The notes below the pieces were generated by a model. That model saw only the letters and a list, made by a program, of their open reading frames with translations, was not told the DNA's origin and ran no database searches. The position numbers and the translations under genes were made by a program. A stretch of 64,000 nucleotides of DNA from a bacterium (lineage in GTDB: Bacteria > Chlamydiota > Chlamydiia > Chlamydiales > SM23-39), in contig JAJXVT010000001.1 in assembly GCA_021781995.1 (NCBI GenBank), positions 70,171 to 134,170 on the forward strand, given 5' to 3'. Shown piece after piece: positions 44,590-54,790 of this stretch. The stretch's first letter is position 1. The number at the start of each line of letters is the position of its first letter.

Positions 44590-45792
44590 TCATATCTTTA
44601 ATAATGAGTTAATTAAGACTTTTCGATCCGCTTTAAAACCGGTTTGCTCTAACGGGTGGAATTCGATAGGGATTTTGTACTTTGGAAGGTATTGTTGTAA
44701 GGTTATTTGAAGATGTTTTTCATTGATGGAGTGGACAGTGCGTAAAAATGCGACAGGGCGGGTACCGAATTGAGGATCTGATTTGGGTACGACAACAGCT
44801 TCTAATACGTCGGGATTTTCCAATAGGATTTGTTCGATTTCTTCAGGTTGAATATTTTCTCCGCCGGAGATGAAGAGATTGTCTTTACGACCGATGATGC
44901 TATATCCAAGTTCTGCATCAAACGATGCGAGATCTTTGGTAGCAAACCATTGGTCTTGCAAATGAGTTTTGGGGGTTTTGGTGAAAGGTTGATTTTGTTC
45001 ATTTGCATATCCGTGAAATAAAGAAGCTCCGCGCACGAAGATTTCTCTATTTTCGAGTTTGATCTCGTGGCCGGGAAGTGGATGTCCGAAGTATAAACGA
45101 CCGTTTTTCCATTTTGGTTTCTGCGCTAGTACAGCAGAGCTCATTTCAGTAAGGCCGTAAGTGACTATAATCGGCAGCATTGGTTCGGTAGCATAGATAG
45201 GGGCGCCTCCGAGTAAAATGCATTTTAGCTTCGGATGGATGGGCCAGCTGCGGTAGAGTTGCGTGGGGACATTGGAGATGTGTGTGATGTTTAAATCCGT
45301 TGGATTGAGGATGATTTGCGCGCGAGCTAAAATGCATCGAAATACAATGCTAAGGCCGCCGACGTGGTAAAGCGGTAAAGAAAGGAGCCAGCCGTCTTCT
45401 GGAGCGAGGTTTACAGTGGGGATGAGGGCGCGTGCATTGGAAAGAAAATGACTCAGTGAAAGACGGGCAAGTTTTGGCGTGGCAGTGGATCCGGATGTGA
45501 ATAAGAGCACTTGGGCAAAAGGGGCTTGAGCGAGTTGTTGTATTTGCTTTTCGATTTGGATTGATGGAAGTCGAAGATTGAGCGGGCAAAAGGGGATGTT
45601 TTGGCGCAGTGCGGCGAAGAGTTTAAGTATTGCCGAGATACTGGGCGGTTCTATGAGGATGCAGCGAGGGCTGTCAAATCGAATAGTATTTACAAGTTCG
45701 TCGAGCTCTTTGAAGGTAAAACTTTGATGGCGATCTTTTAAGGCAGTGAGATTTGGGGTGTCTAAAGCTGCTTGTCTTAGGGGGCATTCCAT
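44590..45792 (-). CDS. menE: O-succinylbenzoate--CoA ligase
   Basis: FTSGSTATPK, YGLTE and GRKDNLFISGGENIQPEEIE motifs; men cluster context. Confidence 0.9.
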   Translation of the reverse strand: MECPLRQAALDTPNLTALKDRHQSFTFKELDELVNTIRFDSPRCILIEPPSISAILKLFAALRQNIPFCPLNLRLPSIQIEKQIQQLAQAPFAQVLLFTSGSTATPKLARLSLSHFLSNARALIPTVNLAPEDGWLLSLPLYHVGGLSIVFRCILARAQIILNPTDLNITHISNVPTQLYRSWPIHPKLKCILLGGAPIYATEPMLPIIVTYGLTEMSSAVLAQKPKWKNGRLYFGHPLPGHEIKLENREIFVRGASLFHGYANEQNQPFTKTPKTHLQDQWFATKDLASFDAELGYSIIGRKDNLFISGGENIQPEEIEQILLENPDVLEAVVVPKSDPQFGTRPVAFLRTVHSINEKHLQITLQQYLPKYKIPIEFHPLEQTGFKADRKVLINSLLKI

Positions 45793-46556
45793 ATAAATCG
45801 TCCATTTTCAATGATGGGAGGAGGGAAAAGTGTATGTGAGGAAAGATAGCTTTCAAAATCAAGACCATGAGGGCGTGTTGGATTGTATTGAGCGGCCAAT
45901 TGGGCAATTCTCAGCAAGCCTACCGTGCTTTCATAAGCAAAAGTAAAAATGAGCTCAACTCCGGGCGGTGGAGTGGGGATAGTTCCTGTAAGCGTTGGCT
46001 TGACGACGATGGTTTTTAGGGTGGCAATTGGCTCATGGGCAAAACGGGCGGCTGATTCGTCGAGGGCAATTGGAAATCGAGTTTGATTTGAAAATATTAT
46101 GAGGTCTTGAAGCTTTTCGGTAGGTTCTTCAAAATAATCGAAGTCCGAGGCGTTAAAATGGGATGCAAAGCGCAGAAGCTTGTTCAGAGGCCATTTTCGA
46201 TTGAAATCGAGTCTTAAGGGAACTTGTTGATGGCGTTGAACGAGTTTTATCGCATCTTGAAGGCCAAGGTGGCCTACTTTGAGTTTTAGCACTGAAAATC
46301 CGGGGCGGTACTGTTCAAAGGCGTTGATTGGAAGATCGAGGTGTGTGGGCATGGGGGTATTTAAGGATGCTAGGCCAAAACGAACCGATGGACTATCGCA
46401 CTTGCCTTCTTTTAGTTGCTTAAACGCGTCGGCAAGAGTTTCTTGGCTCCAATTTGGCAAAGGGGCAACTTCAGAGAGATTTTTATCGTGTTGTAAAATC
46501 AATCCTTCTCGAGTCGATCCGTTTTTTAAAACGGTGCTGTAACGGCGGATTTGCAT
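45777..46556 (-). CDS. menC: O-succinylbenzoate synthase
   Basis: EVAPLP, KLKVG, LRLDFN, EEP, ALDES and VVKP enolase-superfamily motifs. Confidence 0.88.
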   Translation of the reverse strand: MQIRRYSTVLKNGSTREGLILQHDKNLSEVAPLPNWSQETLADAFKQLKEGKCDSPSVRFGLASLNTPMPTHLDLPINAFEQYRPGFSVLKLKVGHLGLQDAIKLVQRHQQVPLRLDFNRKWPLNKLLRFASHFNASDFDYFEEPTEKLQDLIIFSNQTRFPIALDESAARFAHEPIATLKTIVVKPTLTGTIPTPPPGVELIFTFAYESTVGLLRIAQLAAQYNPTRPHGLDFESYLSSHTLFPPPIIENGRFIWNAP

Positions 46557-47404
46557 GATTCTAAAACGATTGCAAATGTTAAAATAGCAAGCACTAAGGC
46601 TGTTTTAGGCAGTAAGGGAGCTTTTTCTGCATCGGAGAAGGCTTGCTTTACAAGAATGTATCCTAAAGCTAGGCAAAACAGTGGGGAGTAATAACCGGCA
46701 GCGTTAGGGAGTAAAATTCCAGCGATTAAACAGACAGCATATTCATATTGGCCAAAATAAGTTCCAAAACGAACTACTAATGTATTTTTTTTCGCAATGC
46801 GATCGGTTTTTTCGTCTCGCAGGTTATTTGCGATCAATATCGCTGAAGCGATAAACCCGGGAGAAAGACTGAGAAAAATGGCATCGAGTGTAATTGTGTG
46901 CCGTTGCACAAAATACGTGCCTAATACTGCGACCGGACCGAAGTATGTCAGCACAAATAATTCTCCTAAACCTAGATATCCCAAAGGGCGAGGTCCTCCT
47001 GTGTAGAGCATGCCGAAACCAATAGAACTAATAACAAAAGCTAAAGACCAAAGGCCGCAAGCCAAAACTAACGGTATGCTTGCAGCGAATGAAGCTGCAA
47101 AAGCTAATAAAGATAAATTGTGCATCGCTTTAGGAGAAATCCATCCCATAGCAACTGCGCGAGGCGGTCCAATTCTTTGATCATTATCGGCTCCTTTTAA
47201 AAAGTCAAAATAATCGTTTGAAAAATTGGTGCCGATTTGCACAAGAAGCGAAAATAACAAAGAGTATAAAAACAATGAGATGGATAACGAACCGTCTTTG
47301 TAAGCAAGAGCAGCTCCAATTACGACAGGGCTGATGCCGGCGATCCAGGTTTTAGGTCGAGAAGCGAGGAAAACAGATTTAAGAGCGCTTGGGGAATTGA
47401 TCAT
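46526..47404 (-). CDS. menA: 1,4-dihydroxy-2-naphthoate prenyltransferase
   Basis: [15 protein letters not shown] and NNLRD motifs. Confidence 0.93.
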   Translation of the reverse strand: MINSPSALKSVFLASRPKTWIAGISPVVIGAALAYKDGSLSISLFLYSLLFSLLVQIGTNFSNDYFDFLKGADNDQRIGPPRAVAMGWISPKAMHNLSLLAFAASFAASIPLVLACGLWSLAFVISSIGFGMLYTGGPRPLGYLGLGELFVLTYFGPVAVLGTYFVQRHTITLDAIFLSLSPGFIASAILIANNLRDEKTDRIAKKNTLVVRFGTYFGQYEYAVCLIAGILLPNAAGYYSPLFCLALGYILVKQAFSDAEKAPLLPKTALVLAILTFAIVLESCKSAVTAPF

Positions 47405-48203
47405 AACTGGGTGTTCTCTTTTCTAAAAAGGCGTTTTTTCCTTCCTGACCTTCTTCGGTCATGTAGTATAGCATCGTGGCATTGCCGGCGAGTTCTTGCA
47501 AGCCTGCCTGGCCGTCGCAGTCGGCGTTAAAAGCGGATTTTAAGCAGCGGATTGCAAGAGGGGAGAGGGCTAAGATTTCGCGGCACCATTGAAGGGTTGT
47601 CTGTTCTAGGACTTCGTAAGCAACGACTGTATTGACAAGGCCCATTTGCAGGGCTTCTTGCGCGTTATACTGACGACATAAAAACCAGATTTCGCGAGCT
47701 TTTTTTTGTCCTACGAGGCGCGCTAGATAACTCGCTCCAAATCCACCGTCAAAAGAACCCACGCGAGGCCCCACTTGCCCGAAAATGGCGTTGTCTGCAG
47801 CAATGGTCATATCGCACACGACGTGCAGCACATGTCCGCCGCCGATGGCGTAGCCTGCAACCATTGCAATCACCGGTTTGGGACACGAGCGGATGTCGCG
47901 TTGAAAATCGAGCACGTTGAGACGATGAGCACCTTTATCGTCAGCATATCCGGCGCTGCCGCGAATTCGTTGGTCTCCGCCAGAACAAAACGCCAGCTTT
48001 CCTTCGCCAGTTAGAATAATCACTCCAATTGATTCGTCGTGGCGAGCATCTTGCAATGCATGGATCATTTCATCTACTGTCTGCGGGCGAAAGGCATTGC
48101 GCACCTCGGGTCGGTTGATGGTGATTTTGGCGATCCCATCGAGCTTGTGGTATTTAATGTCTGTATATTGGCCTATGCTGACCCAATTGTCTGTCATGAG
48201 CAT
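47379..48203 (-). CDS. menB: 1,4-dihydroxy-2-naphthoyl-CoA synthase
   Basis: [16 protein letters not shown] and VGSFDGGFG motifs. Confidence 0.97.
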   Translation of the reverse strand: MLMTDNWVSIGQYTDIKYHKLDGIAKITINRPEVRNAFRPQTVDEMIHALQDARHDESIGVIILTGEGKLAFCSGGDQRIRGSAGYADDKGAHRLNVLDFQRDIRSCPKPVIAMVAGYAIGGGHVLHVVCDMTIAADNAIFGQVGPRVGSFDGGFGASYLARLVGQKKAREIWFLCRQYNAQEALQMGLVNTVVAYEVLEQTTLQWCREILALSPLAIRCLKSAFNADCDGQAGLQELAGNATMLYYMTEEGQEGKNAFLEKRTPSYDQFPKRS

Positions 48204-48907
48204 GTCAAAATCCTTGAGATTTGATGAGCGAGAGCCTGTGGTTCTTCTAAATGAATCGCATGCCCGGCGTTGGGAATGATCGTATGGGGATGATTTTTAT
48301 AATGTGCGCGATAAGCATGGTCCAATTCTCCGACGATTAAATGGGTATTTTTGGGTAAATAGCATGAATAGTCATCTTGCTTGCCAAGACTATGGTATTG
48401 AAGCATGTGAATCAATATTTCTGGAGTGTGTGTTTGGCGCATCGTTAAAACATCTCTCTTTGATCGCAGTGAATGGAAGAGCTGTTGATCGTACCAGTGA
48501 GTTATAAATGAGTCAATGGGGGTATTTTGAATTTGCTTCATCAACGCGCAGTCTTTCAGCCATCTTTGCTTGCGTTTTTCTACTGGAAGTCCCAGATGTG
48601 CGGAAATCAAAATGAGTGTCTTGATTTTTTGCGGGTTTTTTATTGCATAATCTAAAGCAATACGCCCTCCCATCGAATAGCCGATGAGATGAATCGGTTC
48701 TTCGATCGCATTTAAATCAAACGGGTATTCCAAGGCTATGGAGGCAGTTGCAAAATTAAGCAGCTCTGCCGCTTTCGCAACCGGCCTCAAAATCATCGAT
48801 TTTTCTGGGCGCTCAAGTTTTGCAACTACCTCTATGGATTGGCAGATATTTTTTCGCACCTCATTCCAATCGCTTGCGCGCCCAAGAAAACCGTGCAGAA
48901 AAATCAT
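48194..48907 (-). CDS. menH: SHCHC synthase (alpha/beta hydrolase) carrying an in-frame palindromic insert
   Basis: FLHGFLG, GYSMGG, VGELD and AGHAIH motifs; likely start ATG at 48907 (ORF open to 48970). Confidence 0.85.
   Translation of the reverse strand: MIFLHGFLGRASDWNEVRKNICQSIEVVAKLERPEKSMILRPVAKAAELLNFATASIALEYPFDLNAIEEPIHLIGYSMGGRIALDYAIKNPQKIKTLILISAHLGLPVEKRKQRWLKDCALMKQIQNTPIDSFITHWYDQQLFHSLRSKRDVLTMRQTHTPEILIHMLQYHSLGKQDDYSCYLPKNTHLIVGELDHAYRAHYKNHPHTIIPNAGHAIHLEEPQALAHQISRILTCS
48738..48835. mobile_element. Palindromic MITE-like element inserted in frame in menH
   Basis: Inverted ends GAGGCAGTTGCAAAATT / AGTTTTGCAACTACCTC, TAT on both flanks, homologous to intergenic copies at 26779 and 20262. 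Confidence 0.8.
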
Positions 48908-48933
48908 TCTAATAACAGAAATTGGATCATAGT

Positions 48934-49485
48934 TTACCAATTGGCTCTGCTGGAGTCTGGATCGCTCCAATCCACATGAATGCGAGAGGAAAGATGTTGG
49001 ACTTGCGAAGCGGAGATGTGCGTTTTACCTAAATACAGTCGTTCAATCGTGGAAGGAAGAATAGGGAGGGAGGAAATTCTTAACCCCCTGATGTTCAGTT
49101 CTTTAATTCTAGTAGACGCTAGGTTGATAGACTCAATTTCATTATCCCCTTCCAAGGCTAAGCGCTCAATGGAAAGCGAACTTAAATCAGGAAGGTCGCA
49201 CAATTGAATACAATAAGAAAGATCGAGTGTCTTAAGCGTGTGGGGCAAACCACCCAAATGGGTCAAGTCGTGGCATTTGCGCAGACTCAATTTTTGTAAG
49301 TGGCAAAAGTTAGAGATATTTGGTAATTGCTGCAATAATAAAGCACCATCAAAAATCAAAATTTGAATTCTTTGAATTAGATCTTCTGGTAAACTGCGAA
49401 CCGCTTCTTGTATTTCTTCATTGCTCGCTAATGTTTTATTGAGTCGAAGAGTAGTGTGTTCGTCAATCCAAAAAGATGTGCTCAT
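48934..49485 (-). CDS. Leucine-rich repeat protein
   Basis: LQKLSLRKC, LKTLDLSYC, IKELNIRG and IERLYLGKT repeats. Confidence 0.85.
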   Translation of the reverse strand: MSTSFWIDEHTTLRLNKTLASNEEIQEAVRSLPEDLIQRIQILIFDGALLLQQLPNISNFCHLQKLSLRKCHDLTHLGGLPHTLKTLDLSYCIQLCDLPDLSSLSIERLALEGDNEIESINLASTRIKELNIRGLRISSLPILPSTIERLYLGKTHISASQVQHLSSRIHVDWSDPDSSRANW

Positions 49486-51491
49486 GTTTCACGACAATAC
49501 GCAAGAAGTGCTTTGAAGTCCAGCTCAGATTCATAAACCCACCCCGGTTGAGGTATAACTTTGCAACTGACACTATGAGCATATGAGGTAAATACAAGGC
49601 GCTGGATAGAATCATTGAATCGAAGAATTTTATCTGAGGTTTGTAGATCTAATTTTTGTAATGTAATTTCTCTTGATCTCGACATGCAATCTGAAATAAA
49701 ACGTTCTTCATCTGGTTTTATAAACACAGTTTCATCTTGATGTTCTCCAAAATTCATTTTTGGAACTCCGCAGCGAGCTTTGATAATAGATAAAATGGCA
49801 GGAGATAATTCGACTCCTAAAACTTCTTTTAAAGCCATAATTAATATGTAGACCCTATCCGACGCTAATATACTTTCGTCTAAAGGAATTAAAAGTTTCT
49901 GTGGATCTCGACTTAAAACTAATTTTATTTGATCTTCTGATAGTCCTGTATGTTCCATTAAAAGAGCTACAGTCGCACTATAAGAAAGGATTCGATTTCG
50001 TTTTAGAGTTTCTAATTCAGAAGCTTGAAAATATAAATTCCAAGCCTCTTCACTGAGCGTTGTTATCTCCCTTTGTATTGATGTGCTCTGATTTTCTAAA
50101 ACTTTTGAAGAGCGAGATAGAGCAACCAATCTACATACGCTGGATATAATGCGTTCGCTATATTTAGCTTGTGCAATTAGTTCACTAGTTGATGGTTGAT
50201 GAAAATGACTTTGATACATGCTTAAATTTTCTAGGGCAGAAGAAGCTAACTGCAATGCAGAAGCAGGGGTTATTAGCGATGTTTGTAAATGAAAGCCTAT
50301 CGGCTGATTAGGAGATAAGTAGCGTTCAGTGTGCATACGTTCGACTTGCCGACGTGCCATTTGCCCTATTGGGCTTTCGCAAATATCGCGAAAAGCGCCC
50401 TGGGTAAGGTAACTTTCACCTAAAAACCAAGTTCTAAGAGCTCCTAACGCTGCGAGCTGAACCTGAATTAAATCTCGCTCTTCGTTCAATTTCTGGTCGC
50501 TTCGAAAAATCGTCGGCCGCAAACTTATGAGTTTTGCTTGTAGCTTATCCATATATCTGCAAATTTTTATTAAAGTGTTGGCTTTTGTATTTTCAAAAGC
50601 CAACAAAAAGGCATCTGGAGAAAGTTCAGAAGAAGGCACAGCAGGCCTACGCACCGCACGTACGACTTCTAATCGAAGCTGCCTCGCAATCTGTATAACG
50701 CCTATGAGAGATCTTGAAATCGCTTCTGCTATCGTTGGCGATAATTGAGGGATAAGTTTTTGTCGAAACCATTCAAGACCGGCGGTTGTTAATCCGCAAT
50801 TTTCTGGATGTTCTGAATTGCTTTGCCGTAAGATCTGTAAGGCAATTGCATTGAGTTCGACCATTGCGTATCCAGCGAGTCCTTTTTCCGTGAAGAGCTG
50901 TTCTTGGGTATTTAAGGTAGAAGCTGAGTGGCGCACATAAAATTCGGTATCGAGCAATACCCCCGGCAGCGATTGAAAAAGACGCCAACATACCGTATCG
51001 ATAATCAACTTTTCTACAATTTGCATTTCTTCTGACATGCCGCTCGGAGCTTCATAAACGCTGTCGATGTCAGAATCCCATCCGGACGTCCCACTAGCCA
51101 AATGTGTTCCTGGAGGATCAAAGCCCATCGTTTTCATAGCATTTAAGGCAAGGCTCGTAAGACGCTGGACAGCCTCTATCCGAAAGGCTTCCATAGATTG
51201 GCCGTCAATAGGAGTTGACATATTTTGCGTTCCTTTCAACGCTTTCCAGCCGCCGGCTGAGGTCAACATGTGAATTTTTGCCGCCTTTGTATAGGCCCAA
51301 ACTTCTAAATCCGCCCACTGCTCGGGACATCGTTGTTCCATCCAAGCTGCCAGTTGCTCTACTTTGTGATCAAATGTATGGGAGTTCGTGAAAATAGAGC
51401 AAAGATCGCTTGCACTTTGTCTTGGATTGGCGATGCGTCGAGGGGGTAAGGGCGAAAATGAGAAGGGTCGGAATCCTGGAATCTTCACCAT
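49482..51491 (-). CDS. Hypothetical protein with putative Pol-beta-like nucleotidyltransferase motif
   Basis: 669-aa ORF; GTHLASGTSGWDSDID followed by LLDTEFY; Pro/Ser-rich N-terminus. Confidence 0.55.
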   Translation of the reverse strand: MVKIPGFRPFSFSPLPPRRIANPRQSASDLCSIFTNSHTFDHKVEQLAAWMEQRCPEQWADLEVWAYTKAAKIHMLTSAGGWKALKGTQNMSTPIDGQSMEAFRIEAVQRLTSLALNAMKTMGFDPPGTHLASGTSGWDSDIDSVYEAPSGMSEEMQIVEKLIIDTVCWRLFQSLPGVLLDTEFYVRHSASTLNTQEQLFTEKGLAGYAMVELNAIALQILRQSNSEHPENCGLTTAGLEWFRQKLIPQLSPTIAEAISRSLIGVIQIARQLRLEVVRAVRRPAVPSSELSPDAFLLAFENTKANTLIKICRYMDKLQAKLISLRPTIFRSDQKLNEERDLIQVQLAALGALRTWFLGESYLTQGAFRDICESPIGQMARRQVERMHTERYLSPNQPIGFHLQTSLITPASALQLASSALENLSMYQSHFHQPSTSELIAQAKYSERIISSVCRLVALSRSSKVLENQSTSIQREITTLSEEAWNLYFQASELETLKRNRILSYSATVALLMEHTGLSEDQIKLVLSRDPQKLLIPLDESILASDRVYILIMALKEVLGVELSPAILSIIKARCGVPKMNFGEHQDETVFIKPDEERFISDCMSRSREITLQKLDLQTSDKILRFNDSIQRLVFTSYAHSVSCKVIPQPGWVYESELDFKALLAYCRET

Positions 51492-51575
51492 AATAATGGT
51501 GTTTAAAAGAATCTTAATTAATTAGCAATTTTTTAGACCAAATTGCACAATCATTTCCTAATAAAAAACACTTAT

Positions 51576-53114
51576 TTAGCTCGTCAGTTTTTGGTGAAAA
51601 GCCGCATTTTCTGGGCGTGAGTTGGTGATTTCAATAATGCAGGAAGAATCGCATTTCGGCCATTGCAGGTGGGTCATTCGAAAATAAGGGAGCTTGAACA
51701 TAGCGGCTGCATTTTGAAACTCAATACTATGTTCAAAGGCAAAAAGTTCTTGAAAACGAGGGGCATTTTTGACTGCCAGATGAGAAAAAATCCCCCCTCC
51801 ACCGTTATTGGAAATGACGAGTGTGATCGGAAAGCGAGATCGCTCAATGAGTTGTAAAGAGTTGAGATCGTGAAGAGCCGTTAGATCTCCAACAAAGGCC
51901 ACAAGTGGACTTTGCAAACCTTCGGCAAGGCCGGCGGCGGTTGCTAGATTGCCGTCGATTCCAGAAAGCCCTCGATTAGAAAAAAAAGCGCAGCCTGTTT
52001 TGGGAAAGAAAAACCAATCGGCTTCTCTTACTGGCATGCTAGTCCCCAAAAAAAATGCCTTCTTATCCCATGACAAGGAAGATAGGTGATGAAAAATTTG
52101 GCTTTCGGTAAATGACCTTAGTTCCATCGTTTGATTGATTTTTAAAGAAGCGCTGCGATCGAGCTCTAACCAAATAGGAAGCCAGGAGGGATCTAAGGGC
52201 GCTGTAAAATGAGGAAGAACATCAGTGTAAATTCGATCTGTAATACGAGCTGCTGGATCGTACCAGTGTCGCTGTCCATTTACATGGATGTAAGGAACCT
52301 GTGGCGCCCATTCTAAAAAACGCTTAGAAAGCAGTCTGTCGCCAAAATGAACAATGCATTGAGGATTTGGAGCATTGGGCAATACCCAGTGAAAGTGCCG
52401 AATTTGTTCACGTGAAGCCATTAAGCGTGCGTTGGATAAAATATCAGCAAAAACAGGCCACTGAAGTCTTTCAGCCAGGTCTAAAATAGGCGCTAATTCT
52501 TGCTTTTTGGCTAATTTTCCAATGGCGATCACTCCGCGAGACGGCAAGGGATATTCTTGAGATAACTGTTTGGGGGCGATGTGAAGTTCGATTGGTTTTC
52601 CAAATTCTATGTGTATGTCGCGATACAGAGGCTCTCTTAACGGACAATTGATATGAACGGGTCCTAAATCTGCCGTTGTCCGAAAAACTGCTTGAGCTGC
52701 AATCGATCGTATAGACTTGTCCGGCATGTGCGGATCTAGCTCGAATTGCCAACGTGTAAAGTTTTGAAAGATTTTAATTTGATCTGTCGCTTGATTGGCG
52801 CAAGTGTCTCTCAATTCTCCCGGGCGATCTGCAGAAAGAATGATGATGGGAGTTGAAGAGTGGTGTGCCTCCATTACTGCAGGGAGCAAATTGCCAATCG
52901 CAGTGCCGCTAGTCGCTATGATGGCTGTTGGTTTGGATTTGCCTTGTGCGCAGCCTAAAGCAAAAAAAGCTAACGCCCTTTCATCGAGATGTTTGTGAAT
53001 ACGGGCTTGCGGATGGTTTGCCGCTGCAAGCACCAAAGGAGTGCTACGGGAGCCTGAACCAATGCAAAAATCTTGCACGCCTTGCTGGACGAGTTGATCA
53101 ATCAGCGCTTCCAT
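51576..53114 (-). CDS. menD: SEPHCHC synthase
   Basis: GSRSTPL, DER, TSGTA, ADRP, NRGLSGIDG, GDL..LHDLN and NNGGG motifs. Confidence 0.95.
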   Translation of the reverse strand: MEALIDQLVQQGVQDFCIGSGSRSTPLVLAAANHPQARIHKHLDERALAFFALGCAQGKSKPTAIIATSGTAIGNLLPAVMEAHHSSTPIIILSADRPGELRDTCANQATDQIKIFQNFTRWQFELDPHMPDKSIRSIAAQAVFRTTADLGPVHINCPLREPLYRDIHIEFGKPIELHIAPKQLSQEYPLPSRGVIAIGKLAKKQELAPILDLAERLQWPVFADILSNARLMASREQIRHFHWVLPNAPNPQCIVHFGDRLLSKRFLEWAPQVPYIHVNGQRHWYDPAARITDRIYTDVLPHFTAPLDPSWLPIWLELDRSASLKINQTMELRSFTESQIFHHLSSLSWDKKAFFLGTSMPVREADWFFFPKTGCAFFSNRGLSGIDGNLATAAGLAEGLQSPLVAFVGDLTALHDLNSLQLIERSRFPITLVISNNGGGGIFSHLAVKNAPRFQELFAFEHSIEFQNAAAMFKLPYFRMTHLQWPKCDSSCIIEITNSRPENAAFHQKLTS

Positions 53115-54037
53115 AAGAAAATGTCTTTGTACAAAGAAAGTTTTGCTTCCAGTTCATCCCATTCATCAGCCGGATCTGATCCGGCAACAATACCTGTACC
53201 TGTGTAGAGCTTTGCAATATTTCCATTGAGCTCGCAACAACGAATCACAACCATCCAGTCTGATTGATCGGGGGTGCTCCACCCGATATAACCACCGTAA
53301 AACTTTCGGTGAAACGGTTCGTGAGCGCAAATCCAGTCTAAAGCGGCTTGTTTAGGAGTTCCGCACAAAGCTGGCGTTGGGTGTAGCGCTTGAAGCGCTT
53401 GACGCTCAGAAATCGTGGGAGAAAGAAGAGCAGAACCTATAGTTTTCAAATGATCTACCGTATGAGTGCTGTGAATTTGCAGCGGTGTGAAAACAACGCT
53501 CTCTTCACAATAAGGCTTGAGCGTTTCAGCGCAGTAATCTTCTACAAATTGAAATTCGCGCCGGGCTTTATCTGAATGAAAAAAACATTCAGGGGATTGT
53601 CCTTTTTTACGCGTGGCCGCTAAAGCTTCTGTACAGATTGCATTTTGCGAGCGACGCAAAATTCGCTCGGGACTTGCACCGAGAATACTGTGAGTGTCAG
53701 AAAGTTTAGCGCAAAAAAGAGCTGCTCCTGCAGACGGCAAAGCCGCTGTGATAGCAAAAGGATCTGGAGCTTGCGATAAAATCAGCGTCGTTTCTCTGGC
53801 AAGCACCACTTTTTGTAGAGAGCCTTTTTCAATAGCTTGAAGAGCATGTTCTACAAGTTTGCACCAATCATCTCGGTTTGGCGAGTCGATTCTTTGGAGA
53901 ACTGGAATGGGATTGGACGGTTGAGGTAGGCGATAAATCGGCTGGCCAAGTTCTATTTGCGGTCCTTGAAACGGAGAGATAAAATAGGCGGCCGACAGAG
54001 GCGGAGCTAATCCCTCTCTTGAGCGCCAATAAATCAT
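53102..54037 (-). CDS. menF: Isochorismate synthase
   Basis: KVVLAR, GASPE, TEALAAT, LHPTPALCG and GIVAGSDP motifs; likely ATG at 54037 overlapping the menG stop. Confidence 0.88.
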   Translation of the reverse strand: MIYWRSREGLAPPLSAAYFISPFQGPQIELGQPIYRLPQPSNPIPVLQRIDSPNRDDWCKLVEHALQAIEKGSLQKVVLARETTLILSQAPDPFAITAALPSAGAALFCAKLSDTHSILGASPERILRRSQNAICTEALAATRKKGQSPECFFHSDKARREFQFVEDYCAETLKPYCEESVVFTPLQIHSTHTVDHLKTIGSALLSPTISERQALQALHPTPALCGTPKQAALDWICAHEPFHRKFYGGYIGWSTPDQSDWMVVIRCCELNGNIAKLYTGTGIVAGSDPADEWDELEAKLSLYKDIFLWKR

Positions 54038-54738
54038 CGTTTTTCTCCAATATAAAGAGCTACTGAACCAAAATTGAGCCTTTTTTCTCGCACATTGACA
54101 AAGCCAGCTTGACGCATCCAATCGCAAAAAGCGCTTCCGCTTGGAAATGATTCAATTGTGCGATTCAAATAGCGGTAAGCTTCCAAATCTTTTGAAAATA
54201 CAGCGCCTAATTTGGGAAGAATGGATCGTAAGTAAAAAAGAAAAAACGGGCGAATCCATGCTGGCGGCATAGCAAATTCTAAAATGATTGCGCGGCCAGA
54301 AGGCTTGAGAGTGCGGTAAATTTCTTTTAGCGATTGCGGAGGCGATTGTACGTTGCGGATTCCAAATGAAAAAGTAGCCGCGTCAAAACTTTCATTTTTG
54401 AATGGGAGTTTTTCGGCATCAGCTCTTAGAAATTCCACGCGGCTTTTAAATGACGTTTGATCAAATTTTTTTCGGCCGATACTCATCATTTCTTCTGCGA
54501 GATCAATCCCTACTAAACGATGGACGGCGACATTTTGCTGGCAAATCGCTAGCATTTGATCTCCAGTTCCGGTTGCAAGGTCGAGTATTTCAAGATGCGG
54601 TCGAGGGGGAAGTTCAGCCGCAGCTTTTTTTCGCCAACGGTGATCTTGACCAAGCGAAAGAATGCGATTTACTTTGTCATATGTAGGAGAGATGCGATCA
54701 AACATCTTCCAAACTTGTTGTCTTGAATCTTTATGCAT
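54034..54738 (-). CDS. menG: Demethylmenaquinone methyltransferase (UbiE/MenG)
   Basis: MFDRI..YD..N, LDLATGTGD, FGIRNV and AYRYL motifs. Confidence 0.93.
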   Translation of the reverse strand: MHKDSRQQVWKMFDRISPTYDKVNRILSLGQDHRWRKKAAAELPPRPHLEILDLATGTGDQMLAICQQNVAVHRLVGIDLAEEMMSIGRKKFDQTSFKSRVEFLRADAEKLPFKNESFDAATFSFGIRNVQSPPQSLKEIYRTLKPSGRAIILEFAMPPAWIRPFFLFYLRSILPKLGAVFSKDLEAYRYLNRTIESFPSGSAFCDWMRQAGFVNVREKRLNFGSVALYIGEKR

Positions 54739-54790
54739 AGCATTGCATTATGCACGAGACCTCTTTTGCTGCGCAACTGCTTCGATAGAA

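Noticed and set aside
54770..54785. GCAACTGCTTC resembling one element end
   Set aside because: A single short half with no partner end or core.
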